From Vulcanimicrobiota bacterium (GTDB lineage Bacteria; Vulcanimicrobiota; Vulcanimicrobiia; Vulcanimicrobiales; Vulcanimicrobiaceae): a DNA stretch of 64,000 nt. The notes beneath the pieces are model-generated. The model was not told where the DNA came from, did not search any database, and saw only the letters and a list, made by a program, of their open reading frames with translations. A program made the translations under genes and the position numbers. Positions within the stretch are counted from its first letter, which is position 1. Every line of letters begins with the position of its first letter. Location: the NCBI GenBank assembly GCA_027459845.1, contig DAIDGS010000003.1, forward strand, positions 9,639 through 73,638. The letters are read 5' to 3'. Below are positions 17,161 through 26,639 of the stretch, piece after piece.

Positions 17161-19136
17161 CGCGATCCTCCCGGCAGCGGCGTTGCGGCCGTTCGGATGC
17201 CGAGTTCGGCGAAGAACGCGTCCGGGCTCATCGGGCGCCCCAGAAAGCGGCGCACCTCGACGTCGGGTTCGTAGGTGCGCGCCGGCGCGAGGATGTCGTC
17301 GCGATAGCGCAGCCCGACCGACGGATCGAGCAGATGCGGCCCGGCGAACGCCGTAAAGAGGTCGGCCGCATAGACCTTTGCCCACGGGTACGCATACAGG
17401 CCGGCATCGTAGCCGGCCATCATGTGCGCGAATGCGACCTGCGGATAGGTCCCCGGGACGTAGAGCAACGGCAGCATCTTGGCGCTGGTGGCAGCCCATA
17501 CCGCGGTGGTGTCGACGTCCGGTCCCATCGAGTGGTACTGCAGGTCGATCGTTGCCAGCGTGACGAGCCGGTCGGTCTCGTACGCGTCGGTGATCGAGCG
17601 CGATGCAACCAACTTGGCGATCAGCGCGTTGGGCAGCGCTTCGCCGGTCCTCCAGTTTCCGCTGATGCGCCGGAGAATCGCGGGCTGCCAGGCGAAGTTT
17701 TCGAGCATCTGCGATGGCGCCTCGACGAAGTCTTCGCGAAACCCGTCGCTCAGCGTCTCGTACGGCGCGGTCGCCAACAGCGCGGCCATGTCGTGACCGA
17801 ACTCGTGGAAGAAGTCGACCACGTCGCCGTGCGTGAGCAACGACGGCTCACCGTGTTCGGGGGCCGGCCAGTTGCCGACGATCGCGGCGACCGGGACCCG
17901 CGACGCCCCGACGGTGCGAACCGGGAGAATCGGGACGTTTTCGAAGTGCCCGAACTTCCCCGGGCGCGGATAGAGATCGAAGTAGGTGATGCCGAGCAGA
18001 CGTTGCGTTTGCGCGTCGGTGACGCGATATTCCAGCACGCCCGGCGCCCAGACGTGCGGATGCGCGACGCGCGCGAAGTCGACCCCGAGCAGAACGTGAA
18101 AGACGTCGAGGATGCGCGCAATCGTGGGACCGGCCGGAAAGTACTGCCGAATCGCATCTTCGTTGACGCCGTCGGCGCGCTCGAGGAGCGTCTCGCCACG
18201 CTGCACGTCCCACGGTTGCAGGGTGGCGTTTGGATCGTTCTCGTCGCGCCGGATCGCCGCGCGCATCGCGCCGATCTCTTCGGCGACGGCCGGGTGCAGC
18301 GCGGCGTGAAGATCGCGCAAAAACTTCTGCGCGCGCGGCAACGTGCCGACCATCCGATTCGCAAGACGGTAGTCCGCCCAACTCTCGTAGCCGTAGATGT
18401 GCGCGAGACGATCGCGGATGGCGATTGCGCGCTGGAAGATCGGTACGTTGGCTTTGGCGGCGCGGCGCTCGTAGACCAGATAGTACGACTTTCGCGCGCT
18501 TGGGTCGACGGCGTCGTGGAGAAACCAGAGCGTGCTCTCGTTGACGGGAACGACGTATGCGCCGTTCCGTTGGCGATAGCCGCGCCGTAGGTCGGCCGGA
18601 ATGCCGCGCATCGCAGCGCGGTTGAAGGTCACGCTCGAGCGGTCGTTGGCGAGATTTTCCCCGAAGCGCGTTTCGAGTGCGTTGAGTTCGCCTTGCAGCG
18701 CGACGCTTTCGCGCCGGGCCGCGGGGGTCAAACCGGCGCCGGCGCGACGCATCGCGACCAGCCAGAGTTGCGTGAGCTTGCGGTCGTACACGTCGCGCGC
18801 GGTGTGCGTGCGCGCGGCCGCCTTCACGGCCGCATACAGGCCGGGTCGAGCGTCGAGCTTGGCGAGCGCATCGGCGAAGCGAGTCGCGCAGGCGTTCGCG
18901 GCGTCGCGTACCGCCGCGTCACTCGAGACGATCGCGAGGAAGGTCGGCGCGGCCAATGCATCGGAGGCATCGGCGGTCGCGTTCTCGAGCGCGAGCACGG
19001 TGTTCGCGAAGGTTCGCCGGCCGGGCAACGCCCCGATCCGCTCGGTCCGAGCGCTCAGGGTTGCCAGCGTCCGCCGGCAGGTCGTCGCGATAGCGTGCGG
19101 CGTGAAGGACCAGGTGAGTGCCAGGGCGGGAAGCAT
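17157..19136 (-). CDS. M3-family zinc metallopeptidase (oligopeptidase / peptidyl-dipeptidase type)
   Basis: HEXXH zinc motif in FFHEFGHDMAALL, 659 aa, thimet/Dcp-like overall pattern. Confidence 0.9.
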   Translation of the reverse strand: MLPALALTWSFTPHAIATTCRRTLATLSARTERIGALPGRRTFANTVLALENATADASDALAAPTFLAIVSSDAAVRDAANACATRFADALAKLDARPGLYAAVKAAARTHTARDVYDRKLTQLWLVAMRRAGAGLTPAARRESVALQGELNALETRFGENLANDRSSVTFNRAAMRGIPADLRRGYRQRNGAYVVPVNESTLWFLHDAVDPSARKSYYLVYERRAAKANVPIFQRAIAIRDRLAHIYGYESWADYRLANRMVGTLPRAQKFLRDLHAALHPAVAEEIGAMRAAIRRDENDPNATLQPWDVQRGETLLERADGVNEDAIRQYFPAGPTIARILDVFHVLLGVDFARVAHPHVWAPGVLEYRVTDAQTQRLLGITYFDLYPRPGKFGHFENVPILPVRTVGASRVPVAAIVGNWPAPEHGEPSLLTHGDVVDFFHEFGHDMAALLATAPYETLSDGFREDFVEAPSQMLENFAWQPAILRRISGNWRTGEALPNALIAKLVASRSITDAYETDRLVTLATIDLQYHSMGPDVDTTAVWAATSAKMLPLLYVPGTYPQVAFAHMMAGYDAGLYAYPWAKVYAADLFTAFAGPHLLDPSVGLRYRDDILAPARTYEPDVEVRRFLGRPMSPDAFFAELGIRTAATPLPGGSR

Positions 19137-19185
19137 GCCGCCTGGGTTTGCGTCGCGGATGCGGGGTTCCCGGCAGTAGGTGGCT

Positions 19186-19330
<145 letters not shown>

Positions 19331-19354
19331 GAAAGACCGAGCCGAAGGAACGTT

Positions 19355-19867
19355 GTGAGCATCATTCTTGAGCAGGCGAGCGCGATTGCCGTCGCGGCGG
19401 CCGTGCTGGCGGTTGGGGTATACCACGCAGCGGTCGTCGCACCGCGTCTGCGGCGCGCGAGCGCGCGCTTGGACGTTCAGGATGGGTTGATCGGCGGCGA
19501 CGCCGGAGCCGCAGCCGGGCGGCTGGCGGCGCTAGAGGCCGCCCAGCACGACCTGGCCCACGCAGCCAACCGGGCGAGCGCCCGGCTCGACGAACTCGAA
19601 CGGCTCGCGCGCGTCGATCTCTCGCGCTGCGGCTTCGTACGGTATGACGCCTACGACGATACCGGGTCGAACCTTTCGTACGCCCTGGCGTTGCTCAATC
19701 GTAGCGGCGATGGGGTGGTGATCACGAGCATCTACTCGCGAAGCGATACGCGCACCTACGGCAAGGCCGTTCAGGCGTTCGCGCCGGTTGCCAACGCATC
19801 GGAAGAAGAACTCGCCGCCATCGCGCTGGCTCGCGACCCCGCGCCGGCCTCGGCCGCGTCCGCCTGA
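19355..19867 (+). CDS. DUF4446-like protein (N-terminal TM helix)
   Basis: GFVRYDAYDDTGSNLSYALALLNRSGDGVVITSIYSRSDTRTYGKAV resembles the DUF4446 core. GTG start at 19355 after AAGGA. Confidence 0.6.
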   Translation: MSIILEQASAIAVAAAVLAVGVYHAAVVAPRLRRASARLDVQDGLIGGDAGAAAGRLAALEAAQHDLAHAANRASARLDELERLARVDLSRCGFVRYDAYDDTGSNLSYALALLNRSGDGVVITSIYSRSDTRTYGKAVQAFAPVANASEEELAAIALARDPAPASAASA

Positions 19868-19920
19868 GACGACCGACTTTCGGTTCGCTCGCTTGCCGCG
19901 GAAGAAGAGGTAGCTATCCA

Positions 19921-20000
19921 GCGTCACGGGCACAAGAGGGGGAATGGCCCGCGCAGATACTTAGTCCGCTAAGTAACACTGCGCGCGCGCGCCGTGACGC
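19921..20000 (+). other. extended nested hairpin within a 358-nt intergenic region (candidate structured RNA or leader)
   Basis: Outer stem GCGTCACGG (19921-29) pairs with CCGTGACGC (19992-20000). Middle stem CGCGCAG (19950-56) pairs with CTGCGCG (19979-85). Apical stem ACTTAG (19959-64) pairs with CTAAGT (19969-74), with loop TCCG. A 19-20 nt asymmetric 5' bulge carries GGGGGAAUGG. Confidence 0.3.
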
Positions 20001-20225
20001 CGCACGTCGGGGCCGCGGAAGGGGGCTGGAGCCCGCACGGCGGAACAGAGCGGTCCCAACCGGAGGGTTGCGCAGGCCGCGGCTCGGTAGGCTGCCGCGT
20101 GCGAGCGTAGCCTGCTGCAACGGTGCGCGCCCAGACGGCTAGGCCGTCGCGTTCGCGCCGGTAGTCAACGAATCGATAATAGAAGAAACGCCTCGCACTC
20201 GGCGCGGCGCGCGAACCCGCAACAT

Positions 20226-21146
20226 ATGATCAACGATCGTTATTACGTCAAAATCGTTCCGCAGAAGGGCGACACCGTCCACCGCTTCCACGTGCGCCGC
20301 CGCCACGTCTGGACGGCGCTCGGGATGCTCGCGGCAATCGTGTTCGGCTGCGTGCTCTTTGGGGCGCTACAGGTTGGCCACGCGCGCGCCCAGGTCGCGG
20401 CGCTGCGCGCGCAGACCCTTACCCAGCGCAAGACCCTCGAAGGCATCGATCGGCAGACCGACGTGCTGCGCCGTCAGTTGCAGGCGGTGCAGAAGCAGAA
20501 TACCGAGATCAAAGCGCTGATCGGCGTTCCGACACACGCCGCGCGGGCCAACGCCAAGCTCACCTCGTGGGTGCGCACCGGCCCGATGCTGCGCAAGGTC
20601 GAAGCGCGGGTCGCGGTGTTGGCACGGGCCTCGCAGGTCACGGTTCACGATGCCGACAGCATGAAGACCCTTGCGATGCGCGTCCTCAACATGGCGCACC
20701 TCCGCTCGCTCGCGCGCGCGCGCCTGGTCGCAGCCATCCCCTCGATCGATCCGGTCGCCGGCGCCGCCGTGATCGGATGCTTTTGCTACCGCACCTATCC
20801 CGACGTCGAGTTTCACGAAGGCGTCGACCTCGGCGCCGACTACGGCGACCCGGTTCGCGCTGCCGCCGCCGGAACCGTCGTCGCCGCCGGCTGGGACGGC
20901 GGTTACGGCATCAAGATCGATATCGACCACGGCAACGGTTACCACACCTGGTACGCACACCTCTCGAAGGTCGACGTGAGCGTCGGCGAGCACGTCTACA
21001 AGGGCGAGAAGATCGCGCGCGTCGGCGCCACCGGGTTTGCGACCGGGCCGCATCTGCACTATCAGATCATGTATCAGGGAACGCCGATCAACCCGGCGCC
21101 GTTTCTCCACGGCGTCCCGGCAAATGTCCTCGCCGACCTTCCGTAG
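20226..21146 (+). CDS. M23-family (LytM-domain) metallopeptidase with N-terminal TM and coiled coil (EnvC-like architecture)
   Basis: HEGVDLGADYGDPVRAAAAGTVV...DHGNGYHTWYAHLSKV...GATGFATGPHLHYQI are the canonical M23 HxxxD and HxH motifs. Confidence 0.9.
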   Translation: MINDRYYVKIVPQKGDTVHRFHVRRRHVWTALGMLAAIVFGCVLFGALQVGHARAQVAALRAQTLTQRKTLEGIDRQTDVLRRQLQAVQKQNTEIKALIGVPTHAARANAKLTSWVRTGPMLRKVEARVAVLARASQVTVHDADSMKTLAMRVLNMAHLRSLARARLVAAIPSIDPVAGAAVIGCFCYRTYPDVEFHEGVDLGADYGDPVRAAAAGTVVAAGWDGGYGIKIDIDHGNGYHTWYAHLSKVDVSVGEHVYKGEKIARVGATGFATGPHLHYQIMYQGTPINPAPFLHGVPANVLADLP

Positions 21147-21163
21147 AAGTCTCGGCCCTTAGC

Positions 21164-21451
21164 ATGAGTTCCCTCCTGTGCCTGATCACCGACGTCGTCA
21201 ACTGGGCCGTTACCGTCTATACGGTGCTCCTGATCGTCTACGCCGTGGTCTCCTGGATCCCGGACCTGCGCGGGCGATGGGTCGACTACTTGGCCGGATT
21301 GATCGAGCCCTTGCTGATGCCGATTCGCCGCGTCATCCCGCCGATCGGCGGCATCGACGTTGCCTTCTTGGTGCTGTTGCTGATCCTGCAGTTGCTGATC
21401 CGGCCGCTGGTCGCGCACGCGATGCTGACCAACTGTATTGCGTCGTACTGA
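21164..21451 (+). CDS. YggT-family membrane protein
   Basis: ATG at 21164 gives MSSLLCLITDVVNWAVTVYTVLLIVYAVVSWIPDLRGRW...LLMPIRRVIPPIGGIDVAFLV, the typical YggT pattern. 95 aa. Confidence 0.8.
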   Translation: MSSLLCLITDVVNWAVTVYTVLLIVYAVVSWIPDLRGRWVDYLAGLIEPLLMPIRRVIPPIGGIDVAFLVLLLILQLLIRPLVAHAMLTNCIASY

Positions 21452-21460
21452 CGCCGACTC

Positions 21461-23287
21461 ATGAACAAGCCGGCTAGCCCGCACCAGCTCGAAGTCGCGA
21501 GCCGGGCGCGCAACTTTTGCATCATCGCGCACATCGATCACGGCAAGACGACGCTTTCCGACCGTCTTCTCGAGATCACGCGCACGGTGGCGACGCGCGA
21601 TCTCGAAGAGCAGGCGCTGGACGCAATGGACCTCGAGCGCGAGCGCGGCATCACCATTCGGATGCACCCGGTGACGCTGGAATACCGCGCCAAAGACGGC
21701 GAGCGCTACCGGCTCAACTTGATCGACACCCCCGGACACGTGGACTTCTCCTATGAGGTCTCACGCTCGCTGGCGGCATGCGAGGGGGCGATCCTGATCA
21801 TCGATGCGACGCAGGGCATCGAAGCGCAGACGCTGGCCAACTACCATCTCGCACTGGAGCACGACCTGACGATCATCCCGGTGATCAACAAGATCGATCT
21901 TCCGGCCGCCGACCCCGAGCGCGTGATGGGCGAGGTCGAAGAGCTGCTGGTCATGGAGCGCAGCGAGTGCATCCTGGCCAGCGCCAAGAACGGCATCGGG
22001 ATCGAAGATATCTTGGAAGCGATCGTCGCGCGCATTCCGCCGCCCAAGGGGCATCGCGACCACGTGCGGGCGCTGGTCTTCAACGCGCAGTTCGATGCCT
22101 ATCGCGGCGTCGTTTCGTACGTCCGCATGGTCGACGGCGAGTTGCGAACCGGTAGCCGCTTCATGTCGATGGCGCACCAGCGGGTCTTCGAGTGTACCGA
22201 GGTCGGCGTCTTCGTCCCCAACATGCGCGCCGTCGAGCGGCTTGAGGTCGGTGATGTCGGCTACGTGATCGCCAACGTCAAGTCGCTCGGCGACATCGAC
22301 GTCGGCGACACCCTGACGGCGGCGACCAACCCGGCCCACGTGCCGCTACCGGGCTATCGGAAGGCTGTGCCGATGGTGTACTGCGGGCTCTATCCCAACG
22401 AGGGCGCCGAGTACGACGACCTGCGCGACGCGCTCGAGAAACTGAAGCTCAACGATGCCGCGCTGGTATACGAACCGGAGACGTCGGCGGCGCTCGGCTT
22501 CGGCTTTCGCTGCGGCTTCCTCGGCTTGCTGCACATGGAGATCCTGCAGGAGCGCCTCGAGCGCGACTATACGCTCGACCTGATCGCCACCTCACCCTCG
22601 GTCGTCTTTCGCGTGACCAAGACCGACGGCACCGTGGAGATGGTCGACAATCCATCGAAGCTTCCGGCCGCGAACGTGATCCGTACGATCGAGGAGCCGT
22701 ACGTCAAATCGACCATGATTGCGCCGCCCGAGTACGTCGGCGCGATCATGGAGATGACGCAGAACCGGCGCGGCGCGCTGCTCAACATGGAGTACCTGCA
22801 CGACGGGCGCGTGATCTTGACCTACGAAATGCCGCTCATCGAGGTGATCGTCGATTTCTTCGATCAACTCAAGTCGCGCACCAAGGGTTACGCCTCGCTC
22901 GACTATGAGATGATCGGTTATCGCGAAGGCGATCTGGTGAAGCTCGAGATTTTGCTCAACGGCGAAGCGGTCGACGCGCTGTCGTTCATCGTGGCGCGCG
23001 AACGCGCCGCCGGCCGCGGCAGGGCGCTGACCGAACGGTTGCGCGAACTCATCCCTCGTCAGATGTTCGAGGTGCCGATTCAGGCGGCCATCGGTGGAAA
23101 GATCGTCGCGCGAGAGACCGTCAGTGCGGTGCGCAAGAACGTTCTCGCAAAGTGCTACGGCGGCGACATCACCCGTAAGCGCAAGTTGCTCGAAAAGCAG
23201 AAGGCCGGCAAAGAGCGGATGAAGCGCGTCGGAAGGGTCGAGTTGCCGCAGGAGGCCTTCATGGCCGTACTGCGTTTGGACGACTAG
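21461..23287 (+). CDS. lepA: translation elongation factor 4
   Basis: [34 protein letters not shown] and the LepA-specific C-terminus. 608 aa. Confidence 0.95.
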   Translation: MNKPASPHQLEVASRARNFCIIAHIDHGKTTLSDRLLEITRTVATRDLEEQALDAMDLERERGITIRMHPVTLEYRAKDGERYRLNLIDTPGHVDFSYEVSRSLAACEGAILIIDATQGIEAQTLANYHLALEHDLTIIPVINKIDLPAADPERVMGEVEELLVMERSECILASAKNGIGIEDILEAIVARIPPPKGHRDHVRALVFNAQFDAYRGVVSYVRMVDGELRTGSRFMSMAHQRVFECTEVGVFVPNMRAVERLEVGDVGYVIANVKSLGDIDVGDTLTAATNPAHVPLPGYRKAVPMVYCGLYPNEGAEYDDLRDALEKLKLNDAALVYEPETSAALGFGFRCGFLGLLHMEILQERLERDYTLDLIATSPSVVFRVTKTDGTVEMVDNPSKLPAANVIRTIEEPYVKSTMIAPPEYVGAIMEMTQNRRGALLNMEYLHDGRVILTYEMPLIEVIVDFFDQLKSRTKGYASLDYEMIGYREGDLVKLEILLNGEAVDALSFIVARERAAGRGRALTERLRELIPRQMFEVPIQAAIGGKIVARETVSAVRKNVLAKCYGGDITRKRKLLEKQKAGKERMKRVGRVELPQEAFMAVLRLDD

Positions 23288-23290
23288 CGC

Positions 23291-23884
23291 ATGCGCACGT
23301 TCGTGGCGACCAAGAATGCCGGAAAGCTGGCGGAAATCCGCGCGATCTTCGCCGGGACGGCAATTGAACCCGAGGTGTTTCTGGGCTATGGCGACGTGCT
23401 CGAAGGCGACGACGACTACCTTGAGAACGCTCGGCTCAAGGCGCAAGCGCTGCGCGCGCAGTTGCGCGTTGCCGGAATCGAGGCCGCCGTTCTCGCCGAC
23501 GACTCGGGTTTGGAAGTCGACGCACTGGGGGGGCGCCCCGGCGTGCTCTCCGCGCGCTACGCCGGCGCCGACGCGTCATGGGATCGCCGGCTCGCGACCC
23601 TGCTTGCGGAGCTGCGCGACGTGCCGGACGCGCAGCGTTCGGCACGCTTCGTCTGCGCGATGGTGCTGCTGCTTCCCGACCGCGCGGCGATCGAGACGCT
23701 GGGAACCGTGGCGGGCCGGATCGCGTCCGATACCGCGGGACCGAACGGCTTCGGCTACGACCCGATCTTCTGGTACCCACCGCGCGGGTGTACCTTTGCC
23801 GCGCTCTCGCCCGACGAGAAGAACGCCCTGAGTCATCGCCGCCGCGCCGCCGACGCCTTACTCGCGCAGTATGCCCGGCACTGA
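23291..23884 (+). CDS. rdgB: RdgB/HAM1-family non-canonical purine NTP pyrophosphatase
   Basis: FVATKNAGKLAEIRAIF...DDSGLEVDALGGRPGVLSARYAG...GFGYDPIF...KNALSHRRRA. Confidence 0.9.
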   Translation: MRTFVATKNAGKLAEIRAIFAGTAIEPEVFLGYGDVLEGDDDYLENARLKAQALRAQLRVAGIEAAVLADDSGLEVDALGGRPGVLSARYAGADASWDRRLATLLAELRDVPDAQRSARFVCAMVLLLPDRAAIETLGTVAGRIASDTAGPNGFGYDPIFWYPPRGCTFAALSPDEKNALSHRRRAADALLAQYARH

Positions 23885-24734
23885 GGTCGCGATCGTCGCC
23901 GCCACCGACGACGACGTGAGGGCGGTGGCGAGGCGCCGCGTGCGCGATGCCGGCGCCGTTCGCGAGTACCGGGCGCTGGCCGAGCGCGCCAGCGCCGGAG
24001 TCTGGGTCGCCCGCGATGCGTCTACCCCGATCGCGATCGCCTTCGCGCATCGGAGCGACGACGAACTCTTTATCGATGAACTCTTCGTCGAGCCGTCGTT
24101 TCGCGGCGGCGGCCTCGGACGCGCGCTCTACGCGCGGATTGCCGGCGCCGAGGAGGATGCCGACCGATCCGCCGTCGTGGACGCGAGCGACCCCGCGGCG
24201 CTGGGGTTTGCGCTGCGCTGCGGCCTCGCGGCCGCAACCCCGTTGATGCGCTTCGCCGGCGCCATCCCGCGGGAAGAGCAGCTGGCGCGACTCGCGGCCG
24301 GCGCGTATCGGTTTTCGACCGAGCCGCTCGACGTCGGCCTGCACGCCCTCGCGCTCGACGCGCTCGATCGCGCCGTGCGCGGCACCGCGCGTCGCGACGA
24401 GCACGCCGCGATGCGGCGCGTCGCCTCCGCGCACGTGCTGCGGTTGGACGACGAGGTTGCCGGCTATGCGTACGTCTGGCCGGACGGGCGCATCGGGCCG
24501 CTGGCGGCGTGGTCGCCCTCCTATCTTCCGCCGTTTTTGGCTTTCGCGATGGCCGACCTGGTACGCACCTACGGTGCGTCCTGGTGCAGCGCGCTGATCC
24601 CGGGGCCGAACGTGCGCGCGGCGCGAGCGGCGATCGCGTGCGGGCTGCGCATCGCGGTGTCCCGCACGCTGGTACGGAGTGCGGCTTCAGGCGATCCGGC
24701 GCGTTACGTCGGCGGCGACGAGCGCCGGTTCTGA
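23871..24734 (+). CDS. GNAT-family N-acetyltransferase-like protein
   Basis: ELFVEPSFRGGGLGRALY matches the acetyl-CoA-binding Q/RxxGxG/A motif. 287 aa, possibly a tandem GNAT fold. Overlaps the rdgB end by 14 nt. Confidence 0.55.
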   Translation: MPGTEVAIVAATDDDVRAVARRRVRDAGAVREYRALAERASAGVWVARDASTPIAIAFAHRSDDELFIDELFVEPSFRGGGLGRALYARIAGAEEDADRSAVVDASDPAALGFALRCGLAAATPLMRFAGAIPREEQLARLAAGAYRFSTEPLDVGLHALALDALDRAVRGTARRDEHAAMRRVASAHVLRLDDEVAGYAYVWPDGRIGPLAAWSPSYLPPFLAFAMADLVRTYGASWCSALIPGPNVRAARAAIACGLRIAVSRTLVRSAASGDPARYVGGDERRF

Positions 24735-24805
24735 GCGTACCGGCGCACGCCGCCGCGCAGGGGCCGTCCGCGGGGTCCGCGCAATATGCAGCCTCGGCCG
24801 CATCG

Positions 24806-24879
24806 CGGGACGTAGCTCAGCTTGGTAGAGCGCTTGCTTTGGGAGCAAGAAGTCGCAGGTTCAAATCCTGTCGTCCCGA
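24806..24879 (+). tRNA. tRNA-Pro (anticodon TGG)
   Basis: Hand-folded cloverleaf. Acceptor CGGGACG/CGTCCCG, anticodon stem CTTGC/GCAAG with loop TTTGGGA, T-arm GCAGG-TTCAAAT-CCTGT. No encoded CCA. Confidence 0.9.
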
Positions 24880-24962
24880 GAGCTCGGCGTCGCGCGCCGC
24901 GACGTGTCGGTCGGAAGGTGAACGGTGCGCGCGAGCGCAAGCAACGGCCGCGTCGGCCCCCA

Positions 24963-25036
<74 letters not shown>

Positions 25037-25062
25037 AACAGGCCTGCCTCGCTGCCCCACGT

Positions 25063-25140
25063 GGTGATCGTAGCTCAGTTGGTTAGAGCGCCTGACTGTG
25101 ACTCAGGAGGTCGCCGGTTCGACCCCGGTCGGTCACCCCA
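25063..25140 (+). tRNA. tRNA-His (anticodon GTG) with encoded G-1 and CCA
   Basis: G-1 followed by acceptor GTGATCG/CGGTCAC, anticodon stem CCTGA/TCAGG with loop CTGTGAC, T-loop TTCGACC, 3' CCCA. Confidence 0.9.
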
Positions 25141-25257
25141 GCTTTGCACCCGTCGCGCGCCGCGCGGCGGGTTGCGTATTTTCGCGACGTCGGCGCGCGT
25201 GCCGTGCAGGACGCGCCCGCGGCGGCTGCGTAAGTGTAGCCGGCCTGAGCCGTGCGA

Positions 25258-25330
25258 GCGCCTTTAGCTCAGTCGGTAGAGCAGCGGACTTTTAATCCGT
25301 TGGTCCCGGGTTCGAGTCCCGGAGGGCGCA
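25258..25330 (+). tRNA. tRNA-Lys (anticodon TTT)
   Basis: Acceptor GCGCCTT/AGGGCGC, anticodon stem GCGGA/TCCGT with loop CTTTTAA, T-arm CCGGG-TTCGAGT-CCCGG. Confidence 0.9.
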
Positions 25331-25336
25331 CGGAAT

Positions 25337-25411
25337 GCACCGCTAGCTCAATGGTAGAGCAGGTGACTCTTAATCACTTGGTTGGGGGTTCAAGTCCCTC
25401 GCGGTGCACCA
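25337..25411 (+). tRNA. tRNA-Lys (anticodon CTT), CCA encoded
   Basis: Acceptor GCACCGC/GCGGTGC, anticodon stem GGTGA/TCACT with loop CTCTTAA, T-loop TTCAAGT, 3' ACCA. Confidence 0.9.
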
Positions 25412-25489
25412 GTACTTTCGGTCCGAGCCGCGCAGCGCGCTCGGGCCGTGTGCGTTCAGCGCGAAACTCGCTGCCAACCCGGCCGGTAG

Positions 25490-26395
25490 GTGGAAGCGAT
25501 GATCGTCACGCCGCCCACCGCACCGCCGCGCGCGCCGGATCCGTACGCGCTCTTCGGCGCGGCCCGGCGCTATTGGGAGACGCAACGCTACCCGCCGCGC
25601 ATCCGCTACACGGTCGCGGTCCGCGTCGAAGAGGGCGGCAAGCGGCGCATCGAGCGCTACCGTGAAGGCTTGGACGCCACCACCGGTACCGTGTTCGTCG
25701 ACGCAGTCAGCGACTACGAACGCGCGCATCCGCACGTCCCGCCGCACGGCTTCGGGTTCGACATCCTCGGCCTGCGCATCGGAAAGCCCGAACCACCGGT
25801 CGACTTCTTAGGAGTTCCGGTGCTCGCTCCCAACTACGGTTTCGGGATCGGCGTCACGCCGCTCGCGCGTGCGCCACGGCCACCGACGCCGGCCGAGATC
25901 GTTGCCGAGGTGCGCGCCGCTTTTCACGATCCGAACCCGCGCGCGACGGCGTCGGCGACGCCCACGCCCCGGCCCGGACCACGCGCAATCGCGCACGTCC
26001 TGGCGCGTACGCGCGAGTATCGCATCCGATTCGTCGGTACCGGCGACGTCGGCGGAATACCGGCGGCGCATCTTGCGCTGCATCCCTTGCGCGACCCGGC
26101 GCGCTACCGGCTGCGCCAGTTGTGGATCGATCCGCAGACCGGTGCGCCGTTGGCTGCCGTGATTGCGCTCGATTTCGTGCGCGGACCGACGACTGCCGTA
26201 CCCTGGCGGATTCGCTTCGCGCAGATCGCCGGCGCGACGTACGTCGCGCGCGAGACCGCCCTCGCACCGATGGCGTACCGCGGTCTGGTCTATACGCAAG
26301 CCAGCGTGGCCTTCGAGCGGATCCGCGCGGTCGCATCGTTTCCGCGCGATCTCTCGACCTTTCTCCCCGGCGGTGCGCTTCTGGAGGAACCCTAA
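25490..26395 (+). CDS. hypothetical protein embedded in the tRNA array
   Basis: 301-aa ORF, or 298 aa from the ATG at 25499 after GGTGGAAG. Pro-rich N-terminus (PPTAPPRAPDP) and a second Pro-rich linker. No recognisable family. Codon usage looks like its neighbours. Confidence 0.55.
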   Translation: MEAMIVTPPTAPPRAPDPYALFGAARRYWETQRYPPRIRYTVAVRVEEGGKRRIERYREGLDATTGTVFVDAVSDYERAHPHVPPHGFGFDILGLRIGKPEPPVDFLGVPVLAPNYGFGIGVTPLARAPRPPTPAEIVAEVRAAFHDPNPRATASATPTPRPGPRAIAHVLARTREYRIRFVGTGDVGGIPAAHLALHPLRDPARYRLRQLWIDPQTGAPLAAVIALDFVRGPTTAVPWRIRFAQIAGATYVARETALAPMAYRGLVYTQASVAFERIRAVASFPRDLSTFLPGGALLEEP

Positions 26396-26432
26396 TGAGG
26401 AGCGCGTATTGAGGGGGGTCGCCGCCGTGGGC

Positions 26433-26514
26433 GGGCAAGTGGCGGAACTGGTAGACGCGCTGGATTTAGGTTCCAGTGGGGCAACCCGTCAGAGTTCGAG
26501 TCTCTGCTTGCCCA
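26433..26514 (+). tRNA. tRNA-Leu (anticodon TAG), long variable arm
   Basis: Acceptor GGGCAAG/CTTGCCC, D-arm GCGGAACTGGTAGACGC, anticodon stem CTGGA/TCCAG with loop TTTAGGT, variable arm TGGGGCAACCCGTC, T-loop TTCGAGT. Confidence 0.9.
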
Positions 26515-26537
26515 AGGACGCAGCGCCCGCATTTCGG

Positions 26538-26612
26538 GCGGAAGTAGCTCAGTGGTAGAGCATCGCCTTGCCAAGGCGAGGGTCGCGAGTTCGAATCTCG
26601 TCTTCCGCTCCA
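26538..26612 (+). tRNA. tRNA-Gly (anticodon GCC), CCA encoded
   Basis: Acceptor GCGGAAG/CTTCCGC, anticodon stem TCGCC/GGCGA with loop TTGCCAA, T-loop TTCGAAT, 3' TCCA. Confidence 0.9.
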
Positions 26613-26639
26613 TACTACCCCTTTCGGAAGAGAGACGTT

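Noticed and set aside
16791-18590. 599-aa plus-strand ORF opposite the M3 peptidase and PEBP genes
   Set aside because: Arg/Pro/Gly-rich antisense frame. The HEFGH-containing M3 peptidase on the minus strand explains the open frame. The same reasoning applies to 1643..2803, 31268..32695, 45573..46634, 46647..47840, 50249..51055 and 57799..58593.
19868-20225. Possible ydaO-type c-di-AMP riboswitch or c-di-GMP riboswitch upstream of the M23 peptidase
   Set aside because: I could not find the conserved cores I remember for these classes (for example GGGGUGAAUC and CAGCUAACCUCGUAAGCG for ydaO, or GGCAAACC...GGACGCAAAGCC for GEMM-I). I therefore kept it only as an unclassified structured region.
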